Source: Squalus acanthias (taxonomy: Eukaryota). From it: 64,000 nt of DNA. The DNA lies in NCBI GenBank assembly GCA_030390025.1, contig CM059432.1:95048001-95112000 (forward strand), in the 5' to 3' direction. Positions within the stretch are counted from its first letter, which is position 1, and every line of letters begins with the position of its first letter. A model generated the notes under the pieces. The model ran no database searches. It was not told the DNA's origin and saw only the letters and a list, made by a program, of their open reading frames with translations. This document shows, piece by piece, positions 36,190 through 50,141 of the stretch. A program made the position numbers and the translations under genes.

Positions 36190-39100
36190 TAACCAGGATG
36201 GCAGGAAAGGTGAAAGCAGTGGCACATTCACCTGCATTCTGATGTATGTATCAATCCCCTCACTCTGCCTTCTCAAGCCTACTCCTGCACATCACTCCTC
36301 ACCCCAACTTACCCTGCAGGTGCAACCATCCCCCTCTGTCTATGCACTTACTCACATCCCCATCTATCTATCCATCCACCACTGCCACTCACCGTCATCC
36401 TTATGTAATGACATGTCTCTCCCTCATAGTTACCCTCAACAAATGTTCTCCATCCATCGGGTGAACACATGCCATTGCTCTCAGTCATATGTCTCTTCTT
36501 TCCCTCTTTGCAGGGGAAGAGAGCAGAGAACACCAGGGCAAGGCAGAGAACCTGAGATGGCCCTCCATCCATCTCGCAATTAACAGCTGCAGAGGAGGAG
36601 GTGCTGGAGATCAGCGGAGTCTTGCCGTGCCTGGCTGTGGGAGATGGGGGCCTCCCAGTTACCTGGTGACAGAATTAAATGTCAGACAGCCACATGGCAT
36701 ACAACACTCAGTCATGTTGACTTGATGTCAACATCGAGTGAAATATAATCATGTTCATAATAATTTCCAACATTCTTACCTTGACAGTACTTATTTGTGT
36801 CTTTTATCTCTCACAGGGCCTTCCTGCGTCCAGCAGGAGGTGGTTGAGGTTGCCGCCACTGACACCTCAGAGGAGCTCAATCCCTCTGAGGGTGCACTGT
36901 CACAGGACTCATGCAGACCATGCATCAGCTCAGATACTCGCAGTTCGGTGGGACTAGTAAGAGAGATAGTTAGGTTTTCACTTGGTGACCCACACTTCAC
37001 AAGTGAGCGAGAGCAGATGGTGGAGTCAGGGACAGCTGTGGAGAGTCTGTGTCGGAGGGCACAGGTCGCCCCAAGCCCTGCTCAGCTGGACGCAGATACT
37101 GCATCCCGGGAACCGTCAATGAAGAAGATAGTAATTGAGCAGCAGCAGAGAATGTGCGATGCACTGACAGGCCTTCCAAGCACACAGATCACGATTGCAG
37201 AGAGATTGGAGGAGTCCACCTCAAGCATGAGTGGGATGCTGTCGCAGGCCATTGCGATGATGTCTTCTTCCATGGATAGAGTGGCCAACTGCATGGAGCA
37301 TCAAACGCGGCAATTGAACGAGTGCTTGCAGGCCTTGAACAAGGACTTGCAGACTCTGGATGCCACCTTAAATAGGATGAACAGTACCCTAGCCTTGGCC
37401 TTGCAGCACCCCACTGATCTGCAGCAAAGTGTTCTCCAGCACAGGGGTAGCAGTGAAACGTGGCTGGACCATGAGAGGGATGATGGCAAAAGGGGACATG
37501 GAAGTGGGAACTCAACTCAAAGCGCTTCCACTTCTCACCCGTTGCCCCCCACCCCCAGTCAATAGCCCGACATGCTGCCTCGTGTCCCCTTGGCTGAGTC
37601 TACCCCTGCACAGGTGAAGGTGGTGCAGTCTTTGGTGGGGCCTACACAGCCTCCAACAGCCAGAGTACGTCAGCCAAGAGCACCTCAACAGTCAGAGCAG
37701 GGATGTGAGCAGCCTGCCTTTACCTCTGCTTAAGCCACAGGGGTTGCACCAAGTAGAAGGACTAGGAAAAGGAGAGTAAAGATTTGTAGTTGCACAAGGG
37801 TATACACATAGGTGTCTTACATATTATTATATTGTTAAGTTTCTTTTCCTCATTAGAAGCACAAAAAAATATTGTTTTGCACCACTTTCCCATATTGCCA
37901 ATTCTTGGTTGCTGGTTGGCAAGTGGCCTTTTCCATTGTTTGATGATGAATGGGAAGACATAAATTGATGGTGACCAATGGGGGAATATAAAAGAGATGC
38001 TTAGTTGTTTACAGGACTGCTTTGTGTTAGTGGCATTGGGGTGGGGGGAGGGTGGGAGATGGGCGGGGGAGAAAAGTGGCTTTTGCATGAGGTTGTGAGA
38101 TGGATGCACGGGTGGAACCTAAGTGAACCTCGCTATAATCAGGGCATCCCAGGCAACAATATGCGCCACTGATTGGCCTCAGCACCTTTCACCTCCTCTA
38201 ACTTCCTCCTCCTCTTTGGAGTTCTCTGAAGAGGCTTTACGCTCTGCGCCTTGTCCCTCCTGCAGGTCCAAACCTCGTTGCTGCGCAATGTTGTGCAGAG
38301 CGCAGCACACCACGACCATTCTGGAGACCCTGTCTGGTACATACTGAAGGGCACCTCCAGACCTGTCCAAGCACCTGAAGCGCATCTTCAGCATGCTGAT
38401 GGCTTGTTCAATGACACATCTGGTGGTGGTATGGCATTCATTGTATTGCTCCTGGGCCTCATTCCTCGGGTTTCTGAGAGGTATCATCAGTCACATTTTA
38501 AGTGGGTATCCCTTGTCTCTGAGCAGCCAGTCGGTAACTCTACTTCTAGGTGCAAAGACAATTGGGAGGGTGGACTGCCGCACACCTGCATAAATTCTTT
38601 TTGGGGTTGCACACCAGCTGAACATTGATGGAGTGGAATCCCTTGCGGTTGCCAAAAACTTCTGAGTGTGCTATGGGTGCCCTAATTGATTTAATTGCTA
38701 CGTGTGTGCAGTCGATGACGCCCTGAACCTGTGGGAAGCCAGCCATAGTAGCAAACCCAAGCGTTTGCTCATTATAACTGGTTATATCGCAGGCAAAGTT
38801 GACATAATTGCTGACCCTGGCAAACAAGCCATCAGCCACCTGCCTTATGCATTTGTGGGCCACCAACTGGGAACTCCTGCAAATGTCTCCAGCAGAGCCC
38901 TGGAAGGATCCAGAGGCAAAAGAGTTGAGGGCGGGGTGGTGACTTTGACAGCCACTGGGAAAGCATGGCCACCAGGTTCAGCTGGCAGCAGGTCTTGTTC
39001 CAGCAGGCTGCAAATGCCTGCCACCACTTGGCGCGACACCCTGAGTCTCCTGAGACACTGGTGTTCAGACATGTCAAGGAAGCTTATCTTCTGCCTGTAG

Positions 39101-39748
39101 ACACTACGTGCCGTGTATGGCCTCCTACGAGTTGCACCTCTCTGCTGCTGCCCTCTCTCTTGTGGAGCTACAGGTCTGTTACCACCAGGCTGCTGCTGCT
39201 GTTGCTGGTCATCTTGGTCCTCATCTGAGGTCAAATATAAGGCAGCATAAGCGGCACCCATTCTGATGTGATAGAGCAAGCCTCCAAAGTGTAGATCATA
39301 CCTCCAAACCTCCAAATGTTGAAGAAAGGTCCAAAGTGTGTAAAGTAACCCCTCAGCAAAAGAACTCTGAGCAAACCCTTTCCACAAGCAGGTAGGAAAG
39401 CAGCTGTGAGTACTGTGTATTTATTGGCATATTTCCCTGAGATTACTTCAGCCCCCTCAATTGTTGCTGTGTTCTCGCCTTGCTTTCACTGGCGAGTTCC
39501 AGGAAGCCTGGGAAACCCGTGGATCCACAGGTAATGAGAAAAATCTGTGTCACTATTGCTCTAATTGACCGATTAACATATGTAACCCGCCTCTCCCAAA
39601 GGGGTTGCTCGCACGCAGCCTAATACGCTGCAGTGAAACCCGGAAGTCGGCGGGTTGGAGCCAGCTTCCTGCGTGCCGTCAATTTTGCCAGTTTTAACCC
39701 CACACCCGCTCCCAAACCCACTCACTCCTGCACATTAAAATCCAGCCC
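36188..39748. mobile_element. Harbinger element with Myb (+) and transposase (-) pseudogenes; left end lost
   Basis: Right TIR AAAATCCAGCCC; Myb exon 2 from ~36513 and exon 3 from ~36818; convergent transposase. Confidence 0.85.
38115..39262 (-). pseudogene. Harbinger DDE transposase (HARBI1-like family), frameshifted
   Basis: [86 protein letters not shown] across several frames. Confidence 0.9.
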
Positions 39749-39759
39749 AATGTTTCCGC

Positions 39760-39910
39760 AGATTAGTTTTGAATTTACCTCCCTCAAACGCAGGCCGTGT
39801 CCCCTAGTTCTATTGTTGTGAGCAAGGTGAAACACCTTGTCATGATATACATTATCTAGTCCCTTTATTACTTTTAGAAATATCAATCACATCACCTCTC
39901 AATCTTCTGC
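39760..39910 (-). mobile_element. Old CR1 3' ORF2 fragment
   Basis: Reverse complement gives RRLRGDVID...TRGHGL-like sequence. Confidence 0.55.
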
Positions 39911-40717
39911 TAGGGTTTGGGAGTGTCTCCAGGCATACCTCTGCCAACACTACGCCGGATCCTGACTGGAGGTCTGGGTACAGGAACTCTGGACTTCTGG
40001 AGTCTCCACCCCCAACCCCTTCCCCCCATTGTTGATGTGCTTATAGTGATGGACGAAGGCTTCACCCCTACTAGGTCATCCTACCAGGCCATCTGACTTA
40101 TGGCCAGAACCCAGCGTATCTGACTTTCCAGCTCTTCCCACAGACTCTTGCTAGACTTACAGCGGGACTCCACCAGAAAGGCGACAGAATTTCAAGGCCA
40201 TGAACTTATGCTTTAATATAATGTGGAGGAGAGAATTTGTTTTAACATTACAGCATTTATTGATGATGACAAGTTAATTAGCCTGGCAACAAAGAGAAAA
40301 AAATAAAGTTAAAAAAATATTGGACCAATTAAACGAATGGGCTATGAAGTTGCAAAGGATTTTAATGAAGAGAGATATAAAGTATTGCATAAAGGACCAG
40401 GAAACAGCAAATATGTATATGACGAAGGGCTGTTCATTACAAATGTCGAAAAAGACTTGGGTGTGATTATTAATCATTCATTGAAGGTTTACAGTCAATA
40501 CAAAGCTTTTATCTACAAAGCTAAACTAATACTACAATACATCTCAAGGAGGTTTGACTAATACAACCTTGTCTATATCATGTTTAAGGCCATACTTGGA
40601 ATTGTGTCCAATTTTAGGCACCTAACCTTTCAAAAGGACTTTAATGCATTGGAGAGGGTGTTTAAGAAGAGTAATAAGGATGATCACTGGACTTGGAGCT
40701 CTATGTTAAGACTCTAG

Positions 40718-41296
40718 GGGCTGGATTTTGATTGACCCATGGAGGCGGGTTTGGAGGCGTGTGGGGGGTTAAAATTGCAAAAACTGGCGGGCGGGCACAA
40801 ATCCGCCTCCATGCAATTTTCATTAAATCGTGTCTGCTGGTCCCGACTCCGTCCCGCCTCTAAGAGATGGGATAGGCTGTTAAGGCTCTTAACAAGCACT
40901 AAATTGGCTCTATAATGCCATTTTGAAAGGCCTTTGTGATTTTAACCCATTTGGATAGCTGACTATCAATGACTGGGGCTGGCAGGCATCTGGGATGGAG
41001 GAGCCATATCTGGGAGTGGTGGTGCAAAAAAAAATTCATTCTCTCTCTCTCCAGGTCCTCTCACAGCAAAGGCCAGGCAGTCTCTGAAGACCTTCAATGC
41101 AGCAGCAATGATGACATCATCAGAGGCGACTTTCAGACTGAAAACACTAATTGCTTCATGGGTTCCCACATGCTGGAACTCAATTGCCCAATTAGGTGAA
41201 AATTGCATCAATCTCCCACATCCAATTGCAGTCGGGTGGATAACACGAAAAGCGGATGACACGACCCCAACCCGCCCCAGTATCAAAATCCAGCCC
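40718..41296. mobile_element. Harbinger MITE
   Basis: TIR GGGCTGGATTTTGAT / ATCAAAATCCAGCCC; TSD TAG. Confidence 0.85.
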
Positions 41297-41299
41297 TAG

Positions 41300-41745
41300 G
41301 GTTCCAGGCTCCCGGAGCTCAATGCTTCTAATTTAAAATTGGCATCATAGTGTTTAAATCCTTTCATGTCCTCACCCCTCCCTAGCTCTGTAACCTCCTC
41401 CAGTTCGATAACCCCCCTGACCTCTCTATTTCTCTGACTGTGGGCTTTTGTGCTTCCCTCCTCTTGCCCCACTATTAGCATCCATGCCTTCAACTGCCTA
41501 GGTCTCATGCATTAGAATCCCTTCCTCAACCCCTCTGCCTCTTCTCCTACCTTTCCTCCTTTAAGACCCTCCTTAAAACCTACCTCTTTGACCAATGTTC
41601 TAGTCACCCCTCCGAATATCTCATTCTTTGTCTGATATAGACATGGTTATATTCATCAAACCTCCTTAAGGTGCATTCTGATTAAACCTCTGTGAAGTGC
41701 CTTGGGACGCCTTTCTACGTTAAAGCTGCTATATAAATGCAAGCT
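41300..41745 (+). mobile_element. L2 LINE 3' end
   Basis: ccttaaaacctacctctttgacca...tgtgaagtgccttgggac...ctatataaatgcaag; reverse complement of the 53285 end. Confidence 0.75.
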
Positions 41746-42182
41746 CTTGGATGTTTTGAGGAGGAGACGCAAAGAGCTGAACTAAGCTTATTGGGGAAAA
41801 GAAGGTTGAGGTGGGATATCACAGAATCACAGAATCACAGTATCATGATCAGATAAAATGCTCGGAGGCATAGGTGAAGTAGATGTAATTAAGCTATTTA
41901 ACCTGACCTTTTTGTGCTGAACTGGAGGACACATGTTTCCAATTAACAAGCTTCAAACAAGATTACAGGTTAGAAGAACTTTTTTGCTCGTAGGTTGATG
42001 GATATGTGGAGCATACTCACAGCAAAAGCAATTCATGCTCTAGTGATTAACTCAGTAAATAAGCAGGATGGGATCTGTGATTGGATAGATTGTGGATGAT
42101 CTGTAGAAGTAGTGAGCTTGATGGGCCAAATGGCCTTTTCTTTATTCTATATTTTCTAACGTTCTTGTATCCATCTCCCATT

Positions 42183-42274
42183 TGAGATAGAGGATCAGCC
42201 ATGATCATATTGAATGGCGGAGCAGGCGCGAAGGGCCTACTCCTGCTCCTATTTTTCTATGTTTCTATGTTTCT
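42183..42274 (+). mobile_element. CR1/HE1-type 3' tail
   Basis: gatcagccatgat...gaatggcggagcagg...cctactcctgctcct followed by (TTTCTATG)n. Confidence 0.75.
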
Positions 42275-43188
42275 AACACAGAGGTTGCTGGCTTCTGCAC
42301 TGTTGGCACAACAATTATGAAAAAAGTGACTAGGCAATTGTGAGTCTCCTGAAGCATCCAGAATAGTAAGGCAATTTTTCAGCCCATTATATACAATACC
42401 CTAGTTCAGACATCAGAAGCCCTGAAGGAATTTATAGCCTATTCACAAACTTCCCATCTTGCTAGAATAGGATTGGATAGACGCAAGTTGCAATGCAAAA
42501 CAGCAAGAGCAAAAATAGAAATGTTGGAATTCACTTAAAGCATTATATTAAAATAAAACAAGTTGTGACATTGTCAGGCTCATAAATAGACCTGATGGTT
42601 TTCACAGAATTCCTGAAGCATGTTTCTATATTTTTTCTCATGAATGCCACTGCAAAGGAGACAGTTCAGGCAAATAACATATACAATGTAAAATGCTGTG
42701 ACAAAGAACAACAAACAAGCTTGTACAATCATACTGAGGAAGGACTGGCTGTTACCCTGTTTTATAGTCTATTGTAGTTAATCAAAACAAACAGTAGGGT
42801 GCTTTAATGTTTTTTATTGTTTATAAAAAGGAACCAGAAGGAATAATATGTGAAACTATCAACTTTTTGAAGAGTGTTTCTAGAGTGTTACAACTGCTGG
42901 TGAGATACTGTCGAGTCTTTGATATAAATATATTCTTAAGCTACCAATTCACTTCAAAGAATAGTTAACTTCAAAGTCTCATTTAAATGAAGAAAATTAA
43001 GTAATGCAACAAGATTGTGACTTATTCTCTTCCATTTTTGGGTTGTAGCTCTGTCTCGAAGCACTGCAGCAGGATGGTGAGTTTAAATTCTGAATCATGC
43101 CTGAAAGGCATTTTAGAAAATTTTGCAGGAAAAAAAGGATTTCTGTTGTACCAATAATTCTTACTGAGGCACCTAGATGAAGGAACAA

Positions 43189-43803
43189 GGGAGAAAAATT
43201 CGGTTGCTTTGTGCCTCCCGTTAGCGCCGTCTTAGGGCAAAGCAACTAGCGCCCGGGCGCGGCGCCACCAACGCCACCCGCGAAATTCAGCGGGAGGTTA
43301 GCGGCGGCGCTAACCGTTAGCGCCCCACGGCACTGCGCCGGCGGCGATGATGTCATCACCGTGTGCAGTGCCCCGCTTGCGCCCCGGCCGCGATCTTCAG
43401 TAGCGCCCCATGACTTACCGCCAGCCGCTATGTCTGACGGGGTCAGGGGGGCCTACCTGCGGCCGGGGCGGCGCTTTTTAAAGGCGAGGTGCCGGGTGGC
43501 CATTTTTGTTGCTGGCCGCCTGCCAGCACCTGCCTCCGCTCCCATCCCCGGCCTCCTGACCCGCCCCCCCACGGAGTGCCGGCTGCGCTCCATGAGCCCG
43601 GCACATCTCTTGAGTGCCGGGCTCTTTTACCGGCACTCCGATCCCCGGTGGCCCAGCTGGGCCCCGGGTCGTGCTGCGCAAGGCCCCTCCCCTTTAAGAA
43701 GGGGAGGAAGGCCCACAGTACCGCGGCGCGATGTGCTGCGGCACGTAGCGCTGCGCTATTCCCTCGCAGTGCCCCAGAGGGGGCGCGATTCAATTTCTCC
43801 CCC
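43189..43803. mobile_element. GC/CpG-rich Harbinger MITE related to 2799-3679
   Basis: GGGAGAAAAATT / AATTTCTCCCCC ends, TSD CAA, many AGCGCC motifs. Confidence 0.7.
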
Positions 43804-44198
43804 CAATTGGCTTAGATCAGGACAACATCAAACTTGAATAAAGTAAAAGGGAACATTAGATAAACCCTGAGTTCGATCCCATTTTTTCATCATAAGGAAA
43901 GTTATGTAAAATCTTTCCTGCTGCTCTTAGTCCTCTAAAATTAATTGGCTAAAACAGTCCCACTAATCAAGAATGTACATGGTAACATTTATACCACATA
44001 AGTGCCAAGCAATGACCATCTCCAACAAGAAAGAGCCCAACCATATCACCCTGACCTTCATTTGCACCACCATCACTAAATCTTTCACCATCAGCTTCTT
44101 GGGGGTCAGAAGCTGAACTGGATCAGCCATATCAAAACCATAGCTACAAGACCAGAACAGAGGCTGGGTCCACTTAGATAAATGGCTCACCGCCTGAC

Positions 44199-44362
44199 TA
44201 ATGTTCCCGTTCATTTTTTTGGGGGTGAGTGGTCACTTTAAGGGGCTGCGCGGCCGATTCATAATAAAGCGCATCCGTGGTTTTTCGCATTGAAAAACTG
44301 GCGAGCCGGCTGCGTGGGAGGTCCAGAGAGCTGCGCAGCCACACAGCTTAAAGGGAACATCG
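44199..44362. mobile_element. hAT MITE
   Basis: TIR (T)AATGTTCCC / GGGAACATCG; 8-bp TSD CGCCTGAC / CTCCTGAC (7/8 match). Confidence 0.7.
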
Positions 44363-44409
44363 CTCCTGACCCTTCAAAACCTCTGCACCATCTACAAGGC
44401 TGAAGCTAG

Positions 44410-45927
44410 GGGCTCGATTTTAACAGCCCTGAGGAGGCGGGTTTTGAGGCATGTCCGCTGCTAAAATCGGGAAAAATGGCTTCAGACACCCAACCCGCCT
44501 CCATCCCGCCCCACGCGATTTTCGTGAGTGTCTGTTCAGCTGCTCCCAAACTGACCCGACTCCAATCGGTGGGACAGGTAGTTAAGGCAGTTAAGAACCT
44601 GTTAACTGCCTTGATAATCCTATTTTGAGAGAGGTTTCCCATTTTCGTGCCTCTGGCTCCTGTTTCCCGTCTTGTCAGAAACAATCCTGCTGCAAGGAGA
44701 CGAGTTGGTGGAGGACATGATCTGTAGTCATTATTGGTGCAGAACTTTAAAAGCGCTCCTGTAACATGGCTGGCATTCAAATGCAACAACTTTGTTGTTG
44801 GAGGTTTGGGGTAAGATTTTGCAAATCTACTGACCTTGTGTCTGGTCAAGCTGACACACATCTGCTGTTTGAACTGATTGGGAATAATTTCAGGCCACTT
44901 TGTGTGTGCGCTTGCAAGCTTCTTGCCTCAAGTGAAATCTATAACAACAGGATGGGAACCATTTACATCCTCTCATCCTGGTCGTCAGATTCGGAGGAAG
45001 AGCAGCGCGGCTTAGTGCTGCCGGATAAACAAGTGGCTCAGCACACAGCCTCCTTTGGAGGAAGATGAAGAGGTCGAGGAAGAGGACGAGGAGGAGGACG
45101 GGGCCGGATGTGGCCAATCCAGCAGCAGGCAACCACATTGCTGGCCATCAGGCAAGGGATGCACTCATCCATGCCAGATTCGCATAATCTAACGCTTCAA
45201 CCACAGATGGCTGGCACATGGAGATGAATATAAGTCCGACATTCTCATAACCCCAGGCATCATCTGTCCAATAAACGGTTGTTTGCGCTCAGTGTCACCA
45301 CTAACATTCTACATGGCATTCGCCCTGAGCCCTCACTCTTGAACTTCCATTTCCCAGAACACAGAGGCCACACTTTAAGTGATCTCAGCAGACCATTAAA
45401 CCTTTTTCCACACTGAACCCATGTGCGTCTGCACACAGACCTCGAGCTCACCTCCTCAGCAATTTGCAGCCAAGCTGCCTCGGTTTGCTGAGGAGGCCTC
45501 CTCCTTCCGTTTCCAGGGAAGAGGACCTCCTGGCATCCTCTAAGTCCTTCAACAAGAGCGTGGAGAGAGCCCTCATTGAACCTGGCTGCAGCCTTAGTTA
45601 TTGGGGCTGCCGTTCCTGCAGCAGCCAGCACCTTTAAGAGAAAAAAGCATTAATATTACTAAGCCAATGATTGGAACAAATCTGGCATCTTTTTCATTTC
45701 ATAGTCAGATAATAAATTGATATATAAATTCATTCAAAACAACGCGTCATCAGACGCAAGAAACTGACAGCCTCCAAGCAATTGCCTGGAGGGACCCGCA
45801 CGTCGGCCGTAATGGGGCCAATCAAGCCAAAGTAGTAACTGATGGGAGGCGGCAGCCGGGAGTGGGTTGGAAAGCTGCTGAGCAGCGGGCCCGCCCTCAA
45901 CCCGCCTCCATTAGTAAAATCGAGCCC
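44410..45927. mobile_element. Harbinger internal-deletion derivative
   Basis: TIR GGGCTCGATTTTA, TSD TAG. Transposase start MGTIYILSSWSSDSEEEQ (~44952, +) joined to its C-terminus; Myb exon 1 on minus (~45380-45630). Confidence 0.9.
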
Positions 45928-47365
45928 TAGGTGTCTGATGGAATACTCACCATTCACCTGACTTGATACGGTTGGAACACTCCCTAGGAAACTCAAAATC
46001 ATCCAGGAGAGAGCAGTCCACTTGATCAGGGTTTCTACCACTGACTCAATATCCACCCCTCCACCACTGGCGCACTGTGGCTGCAGTATGTACTATCTAC
46101 AGAATGTACCGCAGTAGCTCACCAAGAGGAAACTTCAACAGCACCTCCCAGTCACGTGACCCCTACCACCGAGACAGGACAAGAGCAGCAATATTATGGG
46201 AACACCATCGCCTCCAAATTCTCCTCCAAGTCACACACCATCCTGACGTGGACCTATCTGCCACTAGGTCAATATCCAAAATTGATCGGGGGTGGGGGGG
46301 GGGGGGGGGTGCGGTTTGGAGTACCCTCCAGAGAGATTAATAGATTTCCCCCAGCGGTCCCCTTAATAATAAAAATCTGCCTCCCCATTGCAGGCCCCGC
46401 CTCTTCCTCCGTCAATAGACCAGTAAGGGGTAGGCAGAGGCTCTGCTCCGTACAAACCCCTGCAGAAATCCCTATGCTAGATTGGGACCTGGTGTATCCG
46501 AGGCTTAATTTCTGGCCCTTCTGGTGGAGTTACGGAGGAATTGTGCTGAAAAGGCTGTGGATTTTTGTCCCCATGAGCTCTAGTCCTGGTCTGCAACTCA
46601 AATCCATAACTTTCTCACCTAGAGGCAATAGTACTGCCAGCTGAGCCAAGCTAACACATTACAAGTCTCTATCAATGAGAAGCATTTTCAGCTCTACACC
46701 ATCTCCATAATTCGGTTGTGAAGTCAGCTGAATCAAATTTAGGCACGAGGTGTGAGGGCACTGCCAGGAGGTAGTCTCACACTGATTTAGTATCAAATCT
46801 GCTCCAGGCAATGCAACATAATCTAAACAGTTCCCAGATGATCCCTTCCAGTGGTTTGGAACTCTTTAAGCTTCATTTCTAATCCTTTTTACACCAGCCA
46901 GGAGCCCATATGACAGTCAGCTCTCTGCTAACAGTTCATGATTTGGATGCCAGTGAGCAAAGCTCGGGGAATTTGTGCAAGCATACTTTCTCTGAGCAGA
47001 AAGTGGCATGGAGCTGGCAGCTGGACCCACATCACTGCATATAAGTACCAGTCTCAAACCAGTACCTGCAGTATAACTTGCATCCATATAAACAGATGGA
47101 AAACCAGTAACTAATTGTAAAGACTGCCACGGTAGGCTCAACATAAATTATCTACAAGACAATTGTTCACAGAGCAATCGTTTTACTAAAATCTTGAGTA
47201 AAAGAACTTTACTTAAATGGAACTTCATTCTAGGACCTCAGTAAAACAATTACCCTGTCTGTTTACTGAGTAAGTTATTAAAAAGTCAGTCCATTTTATT
47301 GAGGTATGGACACACTTGGTGAAGGCCTACCCAGTAAAATAACTGCTGCTTGAGCTCTCTGATAT

Positions 47366-48114
47366 GGAGAGGATTTCATCAAGGTTTTACAGCAGTAACA
47401 ATAACCCAGCGGGCTTAGCAGGCCAATTAAGGGAAAGCCGGTGACAGAGAACGTCAGTGTATGACGTTGCATCTGTCAAGATTTTTTGACAGATGAATTG
47501 TCATCGTTTTACAGCTCTGTGAAGCTGTCAAACACTGACAATCTGTCTTCTAAGTTGAGTCCTTGTACTGAAGACTCACTTAGAAAGCTTTCTTGAGCAG
47601 AAAGCAGAAGGCTGCTGCATTTAAGAATGCAGCGGCCATTCTGCTTTCTCTGCCGATGAGATGAGGCAGCTCCGCAGCCTAAAGGGATGAAGCCTGGAGG
47701 AAGAAGCAAAGGTAAGTAATCTTATTAAAACACTTTAGACTCACCTCACACACTTACCTCTCCACACTTGCACTCATCACTCACCTGCACACCGGACATT
47801 TCGGCCCCTCCGACCCCCGCAGACCCACGGCTCGCCTCGCTGACCCTGGCGAGGTTCGGCGCCGTCGGGAAGCCCACACTTTAGGTCGCAAAATAGGGAT
47901 TAGCCAAAAAACTGCCTGTTAACAGACAGTTAATTGGCACTAATCCCCTTCCCGCCTCGAGGAGACGGGACCCGGCACGGGTTGGGTACCCGCCTCCTGG
48001 GAAGATGACATGGAGGCGGGCTGGGGGCGGGATGGGTACCCGTTCCCAGATTCTGCCATTTTCCCGGCCGTTCCGCCTCCATACCCGCCTCCCCAGGGCT
48101 GGCAAAATCGTCCC
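47366..48114 (-). mobile_element. Harbinger MITE, inverted homologue of 60151-60974
   Basis: Right end AAAATCGTCCC; extensive reverse-complement similarity to 60160-60870; left TIR degenerate. Confidence 0.75.
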
Positions 48115-50141
48115 CATAGATTGAGTTTGTGCTGTCTGTAAGTGTTGAGGCTATTTAGCTGGTAACAGGATGGTAATCAAACAGACCATTCTCTGAATGT
48201 TCCAACTGACTCCATTCAATTCAACTTGTTGAACAGCTTCAGCTCACTAAGTACTCCTGAAAACACATGCCAGGGCTTTCTGGATTTGAATAAGTGTTAG
48301 CTATGTTCAAAAGTAACTGCTAGTCATACAGATAACTGAGGAAACCACACAGTATGTATTTGTTTGCATGTGACTTGGTTTCTCAAGCCTACAGCTCTGT
48401 GGGGATACCTGACAAACACTCGCAACATTTGTATTGAGTTATGCTGGAGATTTGATTCGGCTTGCAGTTGTTTTTTTAAACTACTTGGCCCGAAAATCTG
48501 TGATTTTTTTAAAGCAGATCTGGGATGCTATTGGGGAGGGAAGGAGCTGATTTGGGATAGAACCCAATTCGGATTTCTGCCCATTCGGGCTGTGTCGGGG
48601 TTGCCTGAAATACTGGAGATGGCCGCTTCTTATATCACGGGGTATCATGAAAAGAGATAGGATTGATGAGTTGAGGTCATCCGGCAGAAGGCCCACCAGT
48701 TCTGCCTCTGTTGTCTCTGAAGCAGTTACGCAGGACTTGCCAAGACCACAACCTGGTGGATTTGAAGCCCGCTACACGTAGAAAGATCAGTTTTGTTACA
48801 GCAGTTCTGAGAAAGTGCCAGTATTTGAATAAAAATTCCCTCTTCGTCCAAACCTGCTGGTACCCCTCCCCAGTGCATTGCCTACACCATAAGTTTCCTC
48901 TTACCTCCCCCCTCAGTGCCCCAGCTGTGCTACTACTGGTGGCACAGCACCCACCTACTTCATGATAACGCTCCTGACCCAGACAATTCGGATGGGACAG
49001 GAACAGGGACTGAGGCCTGAGGCCAGTGGACTGACCTTGCAGCTGTCCGGGGCCTTGCGTCTTGCGACTGAGTTAAAGGGATGGATACAAAGCTAAGACG
49101 AGATAAGAACGCTTCATTTTTCTCACACCAGTTGCTGGACACATTGGCTCTATCATTTATCTGGCCATGCTAATCTGTAACTGGTGTCTTTTCTCACACA
49201 ACTGAGGGATATCAGCAGTCAGACCTTTTTTTTAGAGTTCTCTGATACCGAACACAGCAGGATAGTTGGGTCAGTCTTGAATGTTACTATTGTTGATGTG
49301 CCACACCTCCAAAAGGCTCACATTATAGATCCTTGTGGTGATTCTTCCTCTTAGTAGTGTCTGCAGGATGAATTATGTGCTATGCATTAGCATTGCATTT
49401 GCTTCAGTGCAAATTCCAGGTTTGTGAAAATTATAATTTTGGCAACATTTTTAGCACTATAAACAAGTTCATGGGCACAAGAACAGCATAGGAATGATTC
49501 TTCTACAGGGTTTTCTAACCTTTTGGCATGGAAGCACTTGGCCTCTGCTCTGTGCCTCCTTATGATAGCAAAGTTAAGATTGGTAACCTTGAAGCATAAT
49601 GGATGCAAATACATATTCCATCACTCTATGGTACAACATACTGGAGAAGGATGGTGCTGTCTGACCTAATCACTAGCTTATGTATGTGGATTTTAGTTTT
49701 TAGAGACATTGGGGTAATTTGGAGGAAAGTGTAAAATGGGTGATATCGGATCTGCCACCATTTATACATCTCTCCCGATTTTAATTTCTATTGAAGTCAC
49801 AACCATCCCACTCTCCCCTTGTGATTCATTTAATCAGTTTGCGCAGAGTTTGCTGATAATGGATAACAGAGCATTTAGAGTGTGTACTGGTGTGACTGGG
49901 AGGCATTGAACTACGTTTGGCCTCCCTGCGAGTCAGGTTTTGTATCATTGATATTGCTCATGTGAGTGGACCATTTTAGAAGTCAAAAATAAACTGCTGT
50001 TTGGAGAGCCTATATTGATGGTCTATTCAATAAAATTATTCTAAAAACACCATGACTTGCTTCAATTGAGTATTTCTTCTCGTCAAAAGTAAAATGGAGC
50101 TCCGAAATTGGATTAAAAAAAAATAAACGCCATATACCAAA

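Larger units (their letters stand above)
40245..42170 (+). mobile_element. Old CR1 RT fragment interrupted by a MITE and an L2 3' end
   Basis: DDDKL, EKDLGVII, RPYLE.C.QF remnants; CR1-like 3' end at ~42110-42170. Confidence 0.65.
43975..46255 (+). mobile_element. L2/CR1-group LINE 3' fragment with two nested DNA elements
   Basis: accatctacaaggc...gtgtctgatggaatactcacca rejoins across the insertions into an RT C-terminal motif (IYKA...MEYSP). Confidence 0.65.

Noticed and set aside
32351..39262. Domesticated HARBI1 or NAIF1 host genes
   Set aside because: The ORFs are broken by stops, frameshifts and an RTE insertion, and lie within TIR-bounded elements.
43189..43803. CpG-island promoter of a host gene
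   Set aside because: The GC-rich tract is bounded exactly by TIRs and a 3-bp TSD.
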